DNA of 64,000 bases from positions 20,586,001 through 20,650,000 of the forward strand of contig CM059432.1 of the NCBI GenBank assembly GCA_030390025.1. The letters run 5' to 3'. Every line of letters starts with the position of its first letter. The stretch's first letter is position 1. Under the pieces are notes generated by a model. The model saw only the letters and a list, made by a program, of their open reading frames with translations. It made no database searches and was not told the origin of the DNA. Shown one piece after another: positions 1-11,432 of the stretch. The stretch is from Squalus acanthias. Taxonomy: Eukaryota. Both the position numbers and the translations under genes were made by a program.

Positions 1-320
1 AATGCTGTGCATGGATGGAAACCTGATTGAAGAGATTCAAACATGGAATTGCAGGGAAGTTGGACATCCATTTGGGAGGGGACAACACATTTAAGATCTT
101 TGAAGAGATAAGGGAGATTGGACATGGGGTAGTAGTTTGCAAGAACAGAGGGGTCAAGGGTATGTTTTTTGAAGAGGGGGTGATGACGGCAGATTTTAAA
201 GGGAAAGGGACAGTACCTGAGGAGAGGAAAATGTTTACAATGTCTGATAGCTTGGGGGCCAGGGAGGGAAGTTGGGTGGTCAGTAGTTTAGTGGGAATGG
301 GGTCTAGGACGTAGGAGATG
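1..320 (-). mobile_element. L2-type LINE RT fragment
   Basis: Reverse strand reads LDPIPTKLL...SGTVP...KSAVITP...LDPSVLANY.P.SNLP...FESLQSGF, the typical L2 RT N-terminal region, with frameshifts. Confidence 0.8.
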
Positions 321-1989
321 GGTGCATGAAGGCACTGATGCAACATATGGCGTTCAGCATAACACTTGTTTGATATAGTAATGGTTTATCATGATGCCCA
401 ACCTCTTTCAGCGCCACACTTCAATTGGCCAAAGTACTATGTGGCTTTTGTGGGCCATTAAGACTTTCTCCTTGCACAAGCTGTTGCTTTCGTGGCCCTT
501 TTTTTGTGATAGTTTGTCCTTGAGACAGATCAGTTTTTTAAAAAAACAAGGCTAATTGAGCATGTTCAGACATTTGTAGGTGTGAATATCAATTTCTTAT
601 TTTGCAAGGGTACTTATTGCACAGCAAAAAAATACATTCATTATTCAATGTTTGTAGAGCCAATTTGTTCAGCTGCACATTATCGTATTTCAAATTTTGT
701 ATAATTCATTCATAAATTGTACTGACTGTCACTTTATAGTACAACAACCAAATAAGCATTTGTCCCATATTTAGAGAGACATTTGGGTAGATTTCCCCCA
801 CCCCGAGCGTGTTCAGGAGGCCGCCATTTTGATTAACAATTGTAAAAGGCACTGCCAAAAAAATCCTGCGTGCCCTTTTTAGATAGATGGGAATTTACTC
901 ACTTTCTTTAGGTTGTAGAACTTTACACAGACCTCCTCCTAGTCCATGATGTTGGAGCTGGAGTTCAATCTATCCATGATCTCCTGCCAAGCTCTTGGTG
1001 TCCTCAGCAAATTAGTTGAATGCATTTCCCTCCCAACCCCCTTCCCATTCCAATGATGGTGGCTGGTAATGTTACGGTCCCTGTATCAACACACTGAGAT
1101 CCCAATGGGTGAGGATGCTGTTGCTCTGGTACTTCTCCAAACTTTTCCTAGATTTAGAAAGAGTCCACTATTTATGCAATTTACAGGCAACTTAGCAAGT
1201 TGAAAAGTGTGAAAAGGAGCACTATTGAGGGAAAATCTTGATTGGCTACGGTGGTTCAAACAGGAAAAACAGAGAAACACTATTTTAAATTAGGTATACC
1301 GCACTTCTGCAAGATACGGGCTGTTCATCCATACTTTCCAAAATGAGGAAAAGGTGAATGGTGTTCTGCACTATGGGGTTAGACCCTTCACATAGATTCC
1401 TCAATTTAATAAAATCCTTGCCAGAGAAATGTAGCACATGAAAAATATTTGTTGTTCATGAAACGGATTGCAAAAGTTCACCAGAAATATGATTTTAAAC
1501 ATTTCTGATATGGCATCAATTTTTGAATATATTTGCAGTATATATTGAAGGTAATCTACCTAAGTAACTGCCATTCCATGAACATAGATGGGGACTCTGG
1601 AAAGCATTTAACTATGCTGAGAAAAAGGTGAAAGAAATAAAAGACTCTGCTTCCTAGCAACAGTCCTTGAACAGAAGATTTTATGGCTGGAACAAAATAT
1701 ATTATAACCTCGACATTATCGCTGGTTCACCTCTCTCTTCTTATTTTGCTCGTTCAGTGAGTCAAGCAAAGGTTTGGTTCAGTGGGGAGTGGAAGTTCTC
1801 TTCCGCCTCTCCCAAGTCCCCATTCTTTACATGTGAGCGTGGGTGTTCAATTATGAAGCCAACTTCACTGAATAGTGCCTTATCTTTCAACTAAGCATTC
1901 TGGCCTTAATATTCACTTGAATAACTTCAGACCTTATCTGTAGCTCCTATGTTCTCTCTGACAGGAAGTGTTGGCAATGGGAATAGGCG

Positions 1990-2885
1990 TGCCAGCACTA
2001 TTGAGAATGGGAGAAGGAGTGGGTTGGTGCTGTCACTAAGTGGGTGATTTTGCCAATGGGGGCGCATTGGAGGCGGGACTGCTGCTTGTCGGGTTTTAGT
2101 CCCGCCTCCATCGACATGTGGCCAATCCACGCTATTTTCCCTTGATTGACCTTGTTAAGCCCGCCCAGCGGGCTTAGCAGGCCAATTAAGGGGAAGCCGG
2201 TTACAGAGAATGTCAGCGTATGACGTTTCATCTGTCAAAAAGTTTTGACAGATGAAACGTCATCGTTTGACAGCTCTGTGAAGCTGTCAAACACTGACAT
2301 TCTCTGTTGTTTGATGAGTCCTTGTATTCAAGACTCATCAAACCTATCTGCTGAGCAGAAATTAGATGGCTGTTGCATCGGAGAATGCAGCAGCCATCTG
2401 TCATCTCTGCCGGTGAGATGCGAGACTCTCCGGTTCCCCAATGGTTAAAGCCTGCAGGAAGAAACAAAGGTAAGTAAACATTTTCTATCACTTTTCACTC
2501 ACCTCACATACTTACCTCTCCACATTTGCACCCATCACTTACCTCCACAGTGCACTTTTGGACCTCTCCGACTCCCGCAGACCCACTGCTCGCCTCGCTA
2601 ACCCTGGTGGGGTTTCCCGACGTTGGGAAGCTCGCATCCCTGCTGGAAAAATGGGGATGATCCTCTTAACTGCCTGTTAACTACCTGTTAACAGGCAGTT
2701 AAGTGGCTGTAATCCCCTTCCCGCCTCCAGGAGACGGGATCCCGGCGCGGGTCGGGTACCCGCCTCCTGGGAAGATGGCACGGAGGCGGGTTGGGGGCGG
2801 GATGGGTACCCGCTCCCAGATTCTGCCATTTTCCCGGCAGTCCCACCTCCAAACCCGCCTCCGCAGGGCTGGCAAAATCATCCCC
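1990..2885. mobile_element. Non-autonomous DNA transposon (Harbinger-like MITE) remnant
   Basis: GC-rich and rich in internal palindromes (e.g. cttaactgcctgttaa...ttaacaggcagttaag at ~2666-2703). Right end ...caaaatcatcccc resembles other TIRs in the window. Left end not defined. Confidence 0.4.
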
Positions 2886-3184
2886 TAAATGTCCTCACAT
2901 GCTTTCCAGCATGGGTCATTGGAATTTGATCAGGAATGGGAATCCTTGCTGATTTCGTAACCAAGGGACACTGAGACCAATTGTAGCACACCAGTGCTGC
3001 CCTGGCTCTGAACAGATCATTCAACACATACCAGGAATCAAATACAGGACATGTCTGGCCTTTGTGGTTCAGAGCCATGTAGGGTGGAGCATTTACCCAC
3101 TGAGCCATTCAACGTGCTTGCAATTTCATTTTTAATGTTTATATTTAGCCAAGAGTGTCTGCGTGTGGGTAGGTGGAAGAGAAC

Positions 3185-4189
3185 ATACCAATCCGAAACT
3201 AGGGTCCTAAATCGAAACAAAGGAAACTATGAAGGTATGAGGAGTGAGTTGGCTATGATAGATTGGGGAGCTTCATTAAAAGGCATGATGGTGGATAGGC
3301 AATGGCTAACATTTAAGGAACGAATGCATGAATTGCAACAGTTATACATTCCTTTCTGGCGCAAAAACACAAAAGGAAAAGTGGCCCAACCATGGCTAAC
3401 AAATGAAATTAAGGATAGTATTAGATCCAAAGAGGAGTCATATAAAGTTGCCAGAAAAAGTAGCAAGCCTGAGGATTGGGAGCAGTTTAGAATTCAGCAA
3501 AAAAGGATCAAGAATTGATTAAGAGGGGAAAAATAGAGTATGAGAGTAAACTTGCAAGGAACATAAAAGCGGACTGTAAAAGCTTCTACAAGTATGTAAA
3601 AAGAAAAAGATTAGAGAAGACAAATGTAGGTCAGAAACGGGAGAATTTATAATGGGGAACAAGGAAATGGAAGAGCAATTAAACAAATACTTTGGTTCTG
3701 TCTACACGGAAGAGGACACAAATAACTTCCCAGAAATGCTAGGGAACCAAGGGTCTAGTGAGAAGGAGGAATTAAAGGAAATTAGTATTAGTAAAAAAAT
3801 AGTACTGGAGAAATTAATGGGACTGAAAGCTGATAAATCCCCAAGGCCTGATAATCTGCATCCCAGATGATTGTCATCTTCCAAAATTCTACAGATTATG
3901 GAACAGTTCCTGCAGATTGGAGGGTGGCAAATGTAACCTCACTATTTAAAAAAGGAGGGTGAGAGAAAACAGGGAACTGCAGTAGTAGGGAAATTGCTAG
4001 AGTCTGTTATAAAGGATGTGATAACAGGACACTTAGAAAATATCAATGGGATAAGACAAAGTCAACATGGATTTATGAAAGGGAAATAGTGTTTGACAAA
4101 CCTACTGGAGTTTTTTGAGGATGTAACTGGTAGAATAAGGGAGAACCAGTGGTTGTGGTGTATTTGGATTTTCAGAAGGCCTTTGATAA
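3185..4189 (+). mobile_element. CR1 LINE ORF2 fragment (outer copy, 5' part)
   Basis: KVAQPWLT...EDWEQFR, KADKSP.PD.LHPR and YLDFQKAFD, with stops. Breaks at 'gcctttgataa' and resumes at ~12735. Confidence 0.9.
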
Positions 4190-5514
4190 CAGCAAACAAC
4201 AAACATATATTCCTCTGGGGCATAAAAACCCAAAAGGAAAAGTGATCCAACCATGGCTAACAAAAGAAATTAAAGCTAGTATTAAGTCAAAGGAGGAAAC
4301 TTATAAAGTTGCCAGAAAAAGCGGTCAGCCTGAGGATTGGGATCTTTTTAGAAATCAGCAAAGGGGGACCAAGAAATTGATAAAGAAAGGGAAAATGGAA
4401 TACGAACACAAACTAGCGAAATATATAAAAACGGATTGTAAAAGCTTCTATAGGTATGTGAAAAGGAAAAGACTGGTGAAGGTAAATGGAGGTCCTTTAC
4501 AGTCAGAGACGGTAGAATTTATAATGGGGAATGAGGAAATGGCTTGGAAATTAAATAAATACTTTGTTTCTGTCTTCACGGAGGAAGACACAAAAAAGCT
4601 CCCAGAAATACGAGAAAACCAAGGATGTGACGAGAATGAGGAACTTAAAGAAATTATTATTAGTAAAAAAACAGTACTAGCAAAATTAATGGGACTAAAA
4701 GTCGATAAATCCCAAGGACCGGATGACCTACATCCTAGGGTTTTGAAAGAGGTGGCCATTGGAATAGTGGACGCATTGGTTGTCATCTTCCAAAATTCTA
4801 TAGATTCTGGAACGGTTCCTGCAGATTGGACGATAGCAAATGTAACCCCACTATTTAAGAAAGGAGGGACAGAGAAAACAGGGAACTACAGACCTGTTAG
4901 CCTCACATCAGTAGTTGGGAAAATGCTGGAATCTATTATAAAGGATGCAATAACTGGGCACTTAGAAACTAATAGTAAGATTGGGCAGAGTCAACATGGA
5001 TTTATGAAAGGGAAATCCTGTTTGACAAATCTATTGTCGTTCTTTGAGGATGTAACTAGTGGAGTAGACAAAGGGGAACTGGTAGATGTGGTGTATCTGG
5101 ATTTTCAGAAGGCCTTCGATAAGGTCCCACACAAGAGGTTGGTGAACAAAATTAGGGCACATGGAATTGGGGGTAATATACTAGCATGGATTGAGAATTG
5201 GTTAACAGACAGAAAACAAAGAGTAGGGATAAACGGGTCTTTTTCAGGATGGCAGGCTGTGACTAGTGGGGTACCGCAAGGATCGGTGCTTGGGCCCCAG
5301 CTATTCACAATCTATATCAATGATTTGGATGAGGGGACTAAATGTAACATTTCCAAATTTGCTGATGATACAAAGCTAGGTGGCAGTGTCAGTTGTGAAG
5401 AGGCTTCAAGGGGATCTTGACAGGCTCAGTGAGTGGGCAAGAACATGGCAGATGGAATATAATGTGGATAAATGTGAAGTTATCCACTTTGGTAGAAAAA
5501 ACAGAAAGGCAGAG
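4190..5514 (+). mobile_element. CR1 LINE ORF2 (inner copy, 5' part; RT domain)
   Basis: ORF 4149..5420 contains [36 protein letters not shown] and FADD. Interrupted by the ERV in the codons for GRKNRKAE|YFLNGE. Confidence 0.95.
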
Positions 5515-5558
5515 TGTAGGAGTAAATTTATTATAGGGTTTTAATAAGAAATGTAAAA

Positions 5559-5654
5559 TTAAAGAATGTGCCGTAAGAAGTAAATTCGTAAATAGAAAAT
5601 GGTTTCTTAAAGAATGTGCCGTAAGAAGTAAATTCGTAAATAGAAAATGGTTTT
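5559..5654 (+). repeat. 48-bp tandem duplication in LTR U3
   Basis: ttaaagaatgtgccgtaagaagtaaattcgtaaatagaaaatggttt(c) x2, present in both LTRs. Confidence 0.9.
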
Positions 5655-5881
5655 GCTGACAGTGCAATGAGTAATGTCTGTGGTCAACATTGAGGCCCAC
5701 CAAGGAGGCCACCAAGGCAATAATAGTACAACGATTACACAATCACCGCATGACTGGCTAGACTGGCTAGTCCGAATGGACAAATGTGAGGCAAACCGCT
5801 ATGCTTGTAGTTTCGGTAGGGAAGTAACATTTGAACCTAACGTACATATTATAATTAGAAACCTGTTGCTAAGGCTATGTG

Positions 5882-5903
5882 ATTGGATGAATAATGTATA
5901 AAA
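5882..5903 (+). promoter_or_regulatory. LTR promoter: inverted CCAAT (ATTGG) and TATA box
   Basis: ATTGG at 5882-5886 and TATAAAA at 5897-5903, about 90 bp upstream of AATAAA at 5991-5996. Confidence 0.65.
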
Positions 5904-6051
5904 GGAATCTCATACCGCTGTAATTTCGAGAAGAAGTAGTCACTAAGCTGAGGGGTTTATGACATCTTCTCCCAAAGATCTTTGAACATTAATAAACTGT
6001 TTGCTTGTACCTATGACACAGAATGGAGTGAAATAATTTCTCCACAGCAAA

Positions 6052-6069
6052 TGGCGTCACGAACAGGAT
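6052..6069 (+). promoter_or_regulatory. Primer-binding site complementary to tRNA-Ser(CGA)
   Basis: TGGCGTCACGAACAGGAT is the reverse complement of ...AUCCUGUUCGUGACG-CCA, the 3' end of a vertebrate tRNA-Ser(CGA) as recalled. It lies 2 nt after the LTR end. Confidence 0.85.
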
Positions 6070-6676
6070 ACTTCGGAGCTGAAAACCGCCTGTACCAGTG
6101 AACAGGGCGAGTAGTCAAATCTTTGACCTGCCCAGAAATTGGGTCACTCGGAAGGGGGGTGTGTTCGGCAACGCAGTATCAAACGAATCTGGTGTCTGTG
6201 ACGGGTGAGAAACAGTTTATTAAAACCTAGGTGGCACATGAAGTGTTTGTAATGTATTAATAGTGGTTAAGATGATTGAAGCCTGATGTGTTATTTCGGA
6301 ATATAAATGTCTCGAGGACCCATGCTGAGCCGAAATTAAGAGGGCTATTGGGCCCCACGTGACGGCCAGAGGTAGTTGGGAATCCGAGACAGACAAAGAA
6401 TTTGTAAGAACCTCTCTGCTGCGTTGCATTGCGGGATCTATTGGATGGTATTACGTGAAGAATTGTGATAATGTATTAATGGCTACAAGTGAAACATCAC
6501 TGCTGAGACAAGTGAAATAATCACCTCTGAGACAAGTGAAACCTTCACCTCTGAGAGCAAGATAGTTACAAGTCAGGCCGCCATCATACAAGTGGTGGAT
6601 GATAGGCAGAACCTCTGAGAACGAGTTGGTAGGGCGGACCAGAATGCGGTAAACTAGTGACAAAGAATAATACATT

Positions 6677-7942
6677 ATGGCGGCGGGCGAGGAACCAGAT
6701 TGGGGCCCGCCAGGATCCATGAGTCGGCTCTACGCCGAGGACCAAAAGGGTTTTATTGATAAAATGAAGAAGGATGGATGGGATCCACTAGGAAAACCCC
6801 TGGCGCAACGGGAGTGGTGGGAGAAGCAGAAACAAAAGAAAACTAGAAAGGCAGGAGTAATTTTAATACATCAGTTGATAATGATAACAAAAGGGGTTAA
6901 GACACAAACCAGTAAGCTGGAAGAACAAGGAAAGAGAATAGCCGAATTAGAAAGTATAATAGAACGGATGGAATTGACAAATAGAGGGAATAGAAATGGT
7001 GAGGATAAAGAAAGGCCCCCACCGTATGCCTCGGCCCCAATCGAAAACGAAGGGGACGTTCCGGTAGTGCCGATGGCACCCGTAATACGATACCCAGCGG
7101 CAGCCAACAGTCGATATCGGGCTTTCACGCCTCTTGAAAAACAAGCCGTTCTCAAAGATTTGGGAACCCTCAAACCCCGTAGTCAGAACGCCGAAGTTCT
7201 GGAAAAATCTAGAGGGAATGTGGGACATCCATGATTGACAGTGTAAGGATATCCATCAGTTAGTTAGGGCATCATGCCCAGCCGACAAATGGAGAAATGT
7301 AAACCCCGCTGTAGGCATGCAGGATGGAGCACGGGCAGATGCAGTGGCTGCGGGGGTCGCACAGGCGGCACAACAAGCAGCATCTGGGCCTTTTAAAATC
7401 GCAGTAGAAGCAGCACTTGGGGGTCCTACTATAAATTGGGGAAAAATCCAATCAGTAAAATAATCAAAGGGAGTATCTAGTAGTGAGTATGGAGAATGAT
7501 TGTTTGATGCTTATTGTGAATAGTCAGGGCAAGCAAATCCACAGCGAACAGACCAATCCTTTATCCAGCTGTTTAAGGACGGACTCTCATCGGCACACCA
7601 AACCATCCTAGAGTTGGGAGTGTTGGTCGCCCCTACATACGATCTCGCGGTTCAATGGGCATGTCAGATAGATGCTAAGGGACCTGAACCCACAGGAAAG
7701 GGAGGTGTAAAAATCAAACAGGAGAAGGTAACAGCAGAGGGGGGGCATCGCAACCGTACAAGAGGATTCAGGGGAGCTGTTATACTTGTGGAAAAGTGGG
7801 ACATATGGCGAAGGATTGCAGGAGTGGAAAGAAAGGGGGATGTGACTATTGTGGTAAGCTAGGACACCAGAGTCACAACTGCTGGCAGAAGAAAGGAGAC
7901 GTGGACCAGACACAGGGCACTTATTTTAGTCCGGAGGAATAG
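6677..7942 (+). pseudogene. gag: ERV gag (disrupted)
   Basis: ORF 6677..7234 with PPPY late domain. After a frameshift, an MHR-like NWGKIQSVK*SKGVSSSEYGE*L. Two CCHC knuckles, CYTCGKVGHMAKDC and CDYCGKLGHQSHNC (~7778-7882). TAG at 7940-7942. Confidence 0.9.
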
Positions 7943-8120
7943 AAGGGACTTTATGGAGTACCTCAAGTCAAAGGGGAAGAGTCAATGACGGGAGGCGGCC
8001 CCAGTAAAGGAGGCTCGGATAACCGAGTCTACGTTGCAGCATTATTAGGGGGCCAATCGTGTGAAATGCTAGTTGATACAGGAGCATCAGTATCTTTAAC
8101 TGATTTGCCCCGTCCGACAA
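7943..8120 (+). pseudogene. pro: ERV aspartic protease N-terminal part
   Basis: In frame after the TAG: ...DNRVYVAALLGGQSCEMLVDTGASVSLTDLP with the DTGA active site. Homology is lost downstream. Confidence 0.85.
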
Positions 8121-8809
8121 ACCAAAGATAAAGAAGGAAAAGATCTAATTTGCAGGCGAACCAATCTGAAACTCAGCTTAGACAAAAAAAAGGGATTTGG
8201 AAAGCCAGGAAAGCTGCTGAGACACCTATGTAAAGAAAAAAGAAAGAAATTTAAAGTTTTACCGACATGGAAGTTATTAATGTCTGTGCCGAGACAAATA
8301 AACACAAGATTTGTTGAGTGAAAGGAATCTTAAAAGGAATGCTGTGATCTAAGTTTGAGTGAAAGAGTGTGTTTAAGAGTGATAGTTTCACTGACTGTGA
8401 ATGTTTAAGGAGTTGCAGTATTTCTTTTGTCTGAAAGTCTGTCATTTTTGTTTTAGCTCCACCCACTTTTTTGTACAGAGAGCTAAAAGCTGTTTAACCC
8501 TTTGGAGACCTGTCTTGAATGACGGACAAGTATGTTGTTTTAAGTTTGTTAATTGTTTTACAAAAGATAAGCTTCGGCCTTGAAGTCACAGTTGCCAATG
8601 TGCCTGGAAGAAAATGAATTTGAATGTTTACAAGGCATGGGTAATTGTTTCTTTGTTAATGTGGCTATGGTTTCTTTCTTTTCCAAGTGATACTGGTTAG
8701 TTTAAAAAAAAATTGATCTGGATTCATTGTGGCCACGGTGAAATTCTGGTTGGTGTAAATTTGTGTAGACCACATTGAATAAGATATTTAATGGTCTGAA
8801 ACCAGACTT

Positions 8810-9060
8810 TAAAATATTTACAATCTTGGATACAGAACGGGTTCTGGTCCATACCATTGGCAGAGGAATCACAAGGGAAATTCGCCTATACTGTCAGGGA
8901 TAGACAGTATACATGAACCAGGGTCCCGCAGGGGTTCCACAAGAATCCAAATATATTCCACCATGTACTGAGTCAAGCCTTAGACGAGTTAGACCTATCA
9001 AAGTATCAGAGTGTCCTACTCCAATGTGTCAATGACATAATGATTGCATCAGAGGATCCG
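8810..9060 (+). pseudogene. pol: ERV reverse transcriptase remnant
   Basis: LD-IQNGFWSIPLAEESQGKFAYTVRDRQYT*TRVPQGFHKNPNIFHH...VLLQCVNDIMIASED (YVDD decayed to CVND). Flanked by AT-rich sequence with no recognisable RNase H or integrase. Confidence 0.85.
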
Positions 9061-9656
9061 ATCAGGAGAGTTTTTTTTCATTTACGTGAAATAACGCAAT
9101 TGCGTGCATCTGACAATGTTTCGCTCCGCCTTCTTAAAAAAAAAACCCTGCAAAGGAGTTAACCCTTTCCACTGACAGCTATTTAAGTTATAGAAATGAA
9201 ATTGAACATTGACAAAACCTGTCAGTTCAACAGTACTGCTGTTTGGATTTCGGGATAATTTTGAAATGACAAAATGAACTCAGGCACTATATATTGGGTT
9301 ACTTTTGGGAAATAAAAGATCCTCTAAAATAATGATAAATAAAGGTGTTAATAACTTGGACCAAGTGAGAATGTTTGATCTATGTTTTCAATCTTAAATA
9401 TTGTACTGGACAGTAAAGTTCTTCCAGGACTCATGAATGAGATATGAATGGTAATTAATAGGATGTGTAAAATGGAGAAAGGAAGTGATTGAGGGTGAGA
9501 TAGAAACAGGAGAATTACACCACCAATTGAGAATTTTCCAAACTTTCTAGTGAAAGTCAGGAAAGAGTAGCTAAGAATAGTAAATTGATAGCTTTCTCTT
9601 GGAGACATTTGTGTCCCTGCCTATAATGAACTTTTTAAGAAAACTGAATTTGATAG

Positions 9657-10061
9657 CCTGGCCACTATCAAAGACATCGGGACCATGCAGAGGAAGATGA
9701 ACAAAGACCTCCAGACAATCTTTTGATAAGATACCTGAAAGCCCGAGAAAGGCACATGTGGCATGATGTGGAGATACCGATATGAGTGTGCAAATGTGAT
9801 TTGTTACATGTGAGGCAGTTGCCATCCGGGAATGTATGGTGAATCTGCACTGAAGAACGGGTCTCAGACATGCTCAGTTACTTGACAACAGCAAACCATG
9901 AGGTGGTTGATGTGGTTCAGGAGAGCGAGACAACCTTTAAAGCATTGACACATACTCCATCGAGAAACTATCTAATTAATGAAACAATCAGAATAGAGTT
10001 AAATACACTGGTACCTGTTAGAGGGATTGAAATTGAAGTTGAAGTGGAGAGTTACAATTGA
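9657..10061 (+). pseudogene. Unassigned ~135-codon frame between pol and env (candidate accessory gene)
   Basis: One frame broken only by two TGA codons (9783, 9840; CGA->TGA plausible): PGHYQRHRDHAEEDEQRPPDNLLIRYLKARERHMWHDVEIPI*VCKCDLLHV...IEIEVEVESYN. Confidence 0.4.
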
Positions 10062-10440
10062 GGGCTAAGGAGAAATCATGTTTAGTAAGAATTATCCACA
10101 AGATGGATATGAGTCAAAAGACATCTGCAGAATCTTTTAAGTCCATGATTTGTTGATTAGATGTTAAACTGTAATGTCGCTTGAAATGATTGTAAGACTG
10201 AATTTATAGTGTATTTGATATATGTAACCTATGTAGTAAGATACATAAGCCAATTGGGTACTCATGCCTATGACTAACCAGCACCAACAAATTAATTGAG
10301 CACACCGAAAGAGAAGATCCAAAGCAATATAGAGGAGACCCCAGGCGGGGTAACATCAAGAAAGATAGAAGAAACAGAGGATACCCCAGGCGGGGCAGAA
10401 TTGGAACACCGGAACAATGAATTGAATTTGAGTAAGGGAA

Positions 10441-11290
10441 TTGGTCTGGGCATCATGCATCATTCTGATTTGCTTCACATTGGGTTGGAGTAAATGCGAG
10501 CAGAAATATGAATTAAAGGTGACCAGGAGTGGGTACGGTGGTGCAACCTTCACGTATGGGACGTGGAATCTCGGTACAATTCCAAACATGACCAGTGGGG
10601 GGCCATGGAAGGGTAAAATCATGATAATGAATAACATATGGAGTAGGTATGAAGCCAATAATAACACTTACTTCATTGGGGTATATCGTACCCTTTGTAC
10701 ATCACTGCCTAAACCTCAAGGAACACCCAGCCTATCGTTATAAACGAGAAATTAATGAGGCTGAAAGATACTTCGTGATCTATCTACCCCCATACGGAGT
10801 TGCGAGAGCTATTAAAAAGATACAGGTTGTTGGCAGAGGTTTTAGAACAGGTTGGGAATGATACAGCAGAAGCTCTAATAGATATTAACGCCGAGATGGT
10901 AGCGATAAGGACAGTGACGCTACAGAACCGAATGACATTTGATTACCTCCTAGCAGAAAAGGGGGAACGTGTGCATTGATTGGGACAGAGTGCTGTACAT
11001 ACATTCCTGACAGTTCAGAAAATATAACTAATTTGGCAGAACACATACAGGAGGAAGTAAAGAAATTAAAACAACCTCCGGCATCCACCCTTTGGGGCTG
11101 GGCAACTGGATGGTTGGGATCACTCGGGACATCAGTAGTACAAGGATTGATTTTGTTCTTTGTTATAATATTAATGATGTATGGTCTGGTCCTATTGTTA
11201 AAATATTGTTGCGCTCAAATGTCACGGCCTGCTGTAAGTTTCATGATGGTTAATCAAGTGACACCCAGAGAGAGAGATGTATGGATATGA
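10441..11290 (+). pseudogene. env: ERV env (frameshifted; short SU, gamma-type TM)
   Basis: Signal-like VWASCIILICFTLG, furin site RYKR, ISD-like LQNRMTFDYLLA, CX6CC (CALIGTECC) and hydrophobic TM LILFFVIILMMYGLVLLL. Confidence 0.92.
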
Positions 11291-11413
11291 GTCCCTATAC
11301 AAGAATGCCACAGTCTGACTGATGGACTGTGAGCTCCTGGAATGTAAACATATCTACTTACATTACCAGAAATCCGTATGATGCTGGTTCCCTGTCACAA
11401 AGGAGTTTTGATC

Positions 11414-11432
11414 AGGGACCAACAGGAGGAAT
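11414..11432 (+). promoter_or_regulatory. Polypurine tract
   Basis: agggaccaacaggaggaat immediately 5' of the 3' LTR. Confidence 0.65.

Larger units (their letters stand above)
5515..6049 (+). repeat. ERV 5' LTR (535 bp)
   Basis: TGTAGG...CCACAGCA. Near-identical to 11433-11967 (about 7 substitutions counted by eye). Confidence 0.97.

Noticed and set aside
2460..2480. Host exon donor (aag|gtaagt)
   Set aside because: It sits inside a MITE-like repeat with no coherent upstream exon; similar motifs occur in the other MITEs.
4149..5420. Intact host reverse transcriptase gene
   Set aside because: It is a 5'-truncated CR1 ORF2 chimeric with the outer copy and split by the ERV.
5389..5901. ORFs duplicated at 11412-11819
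   Set aside because: They lie within the LTRs, so duplication is explained by LTR identity; no protein motif.
6052..6069. tRNA-Lys3 PBS
   Set aside because: It needs an indel and mismatches, whereas Ser(CGA) fits 18/18.
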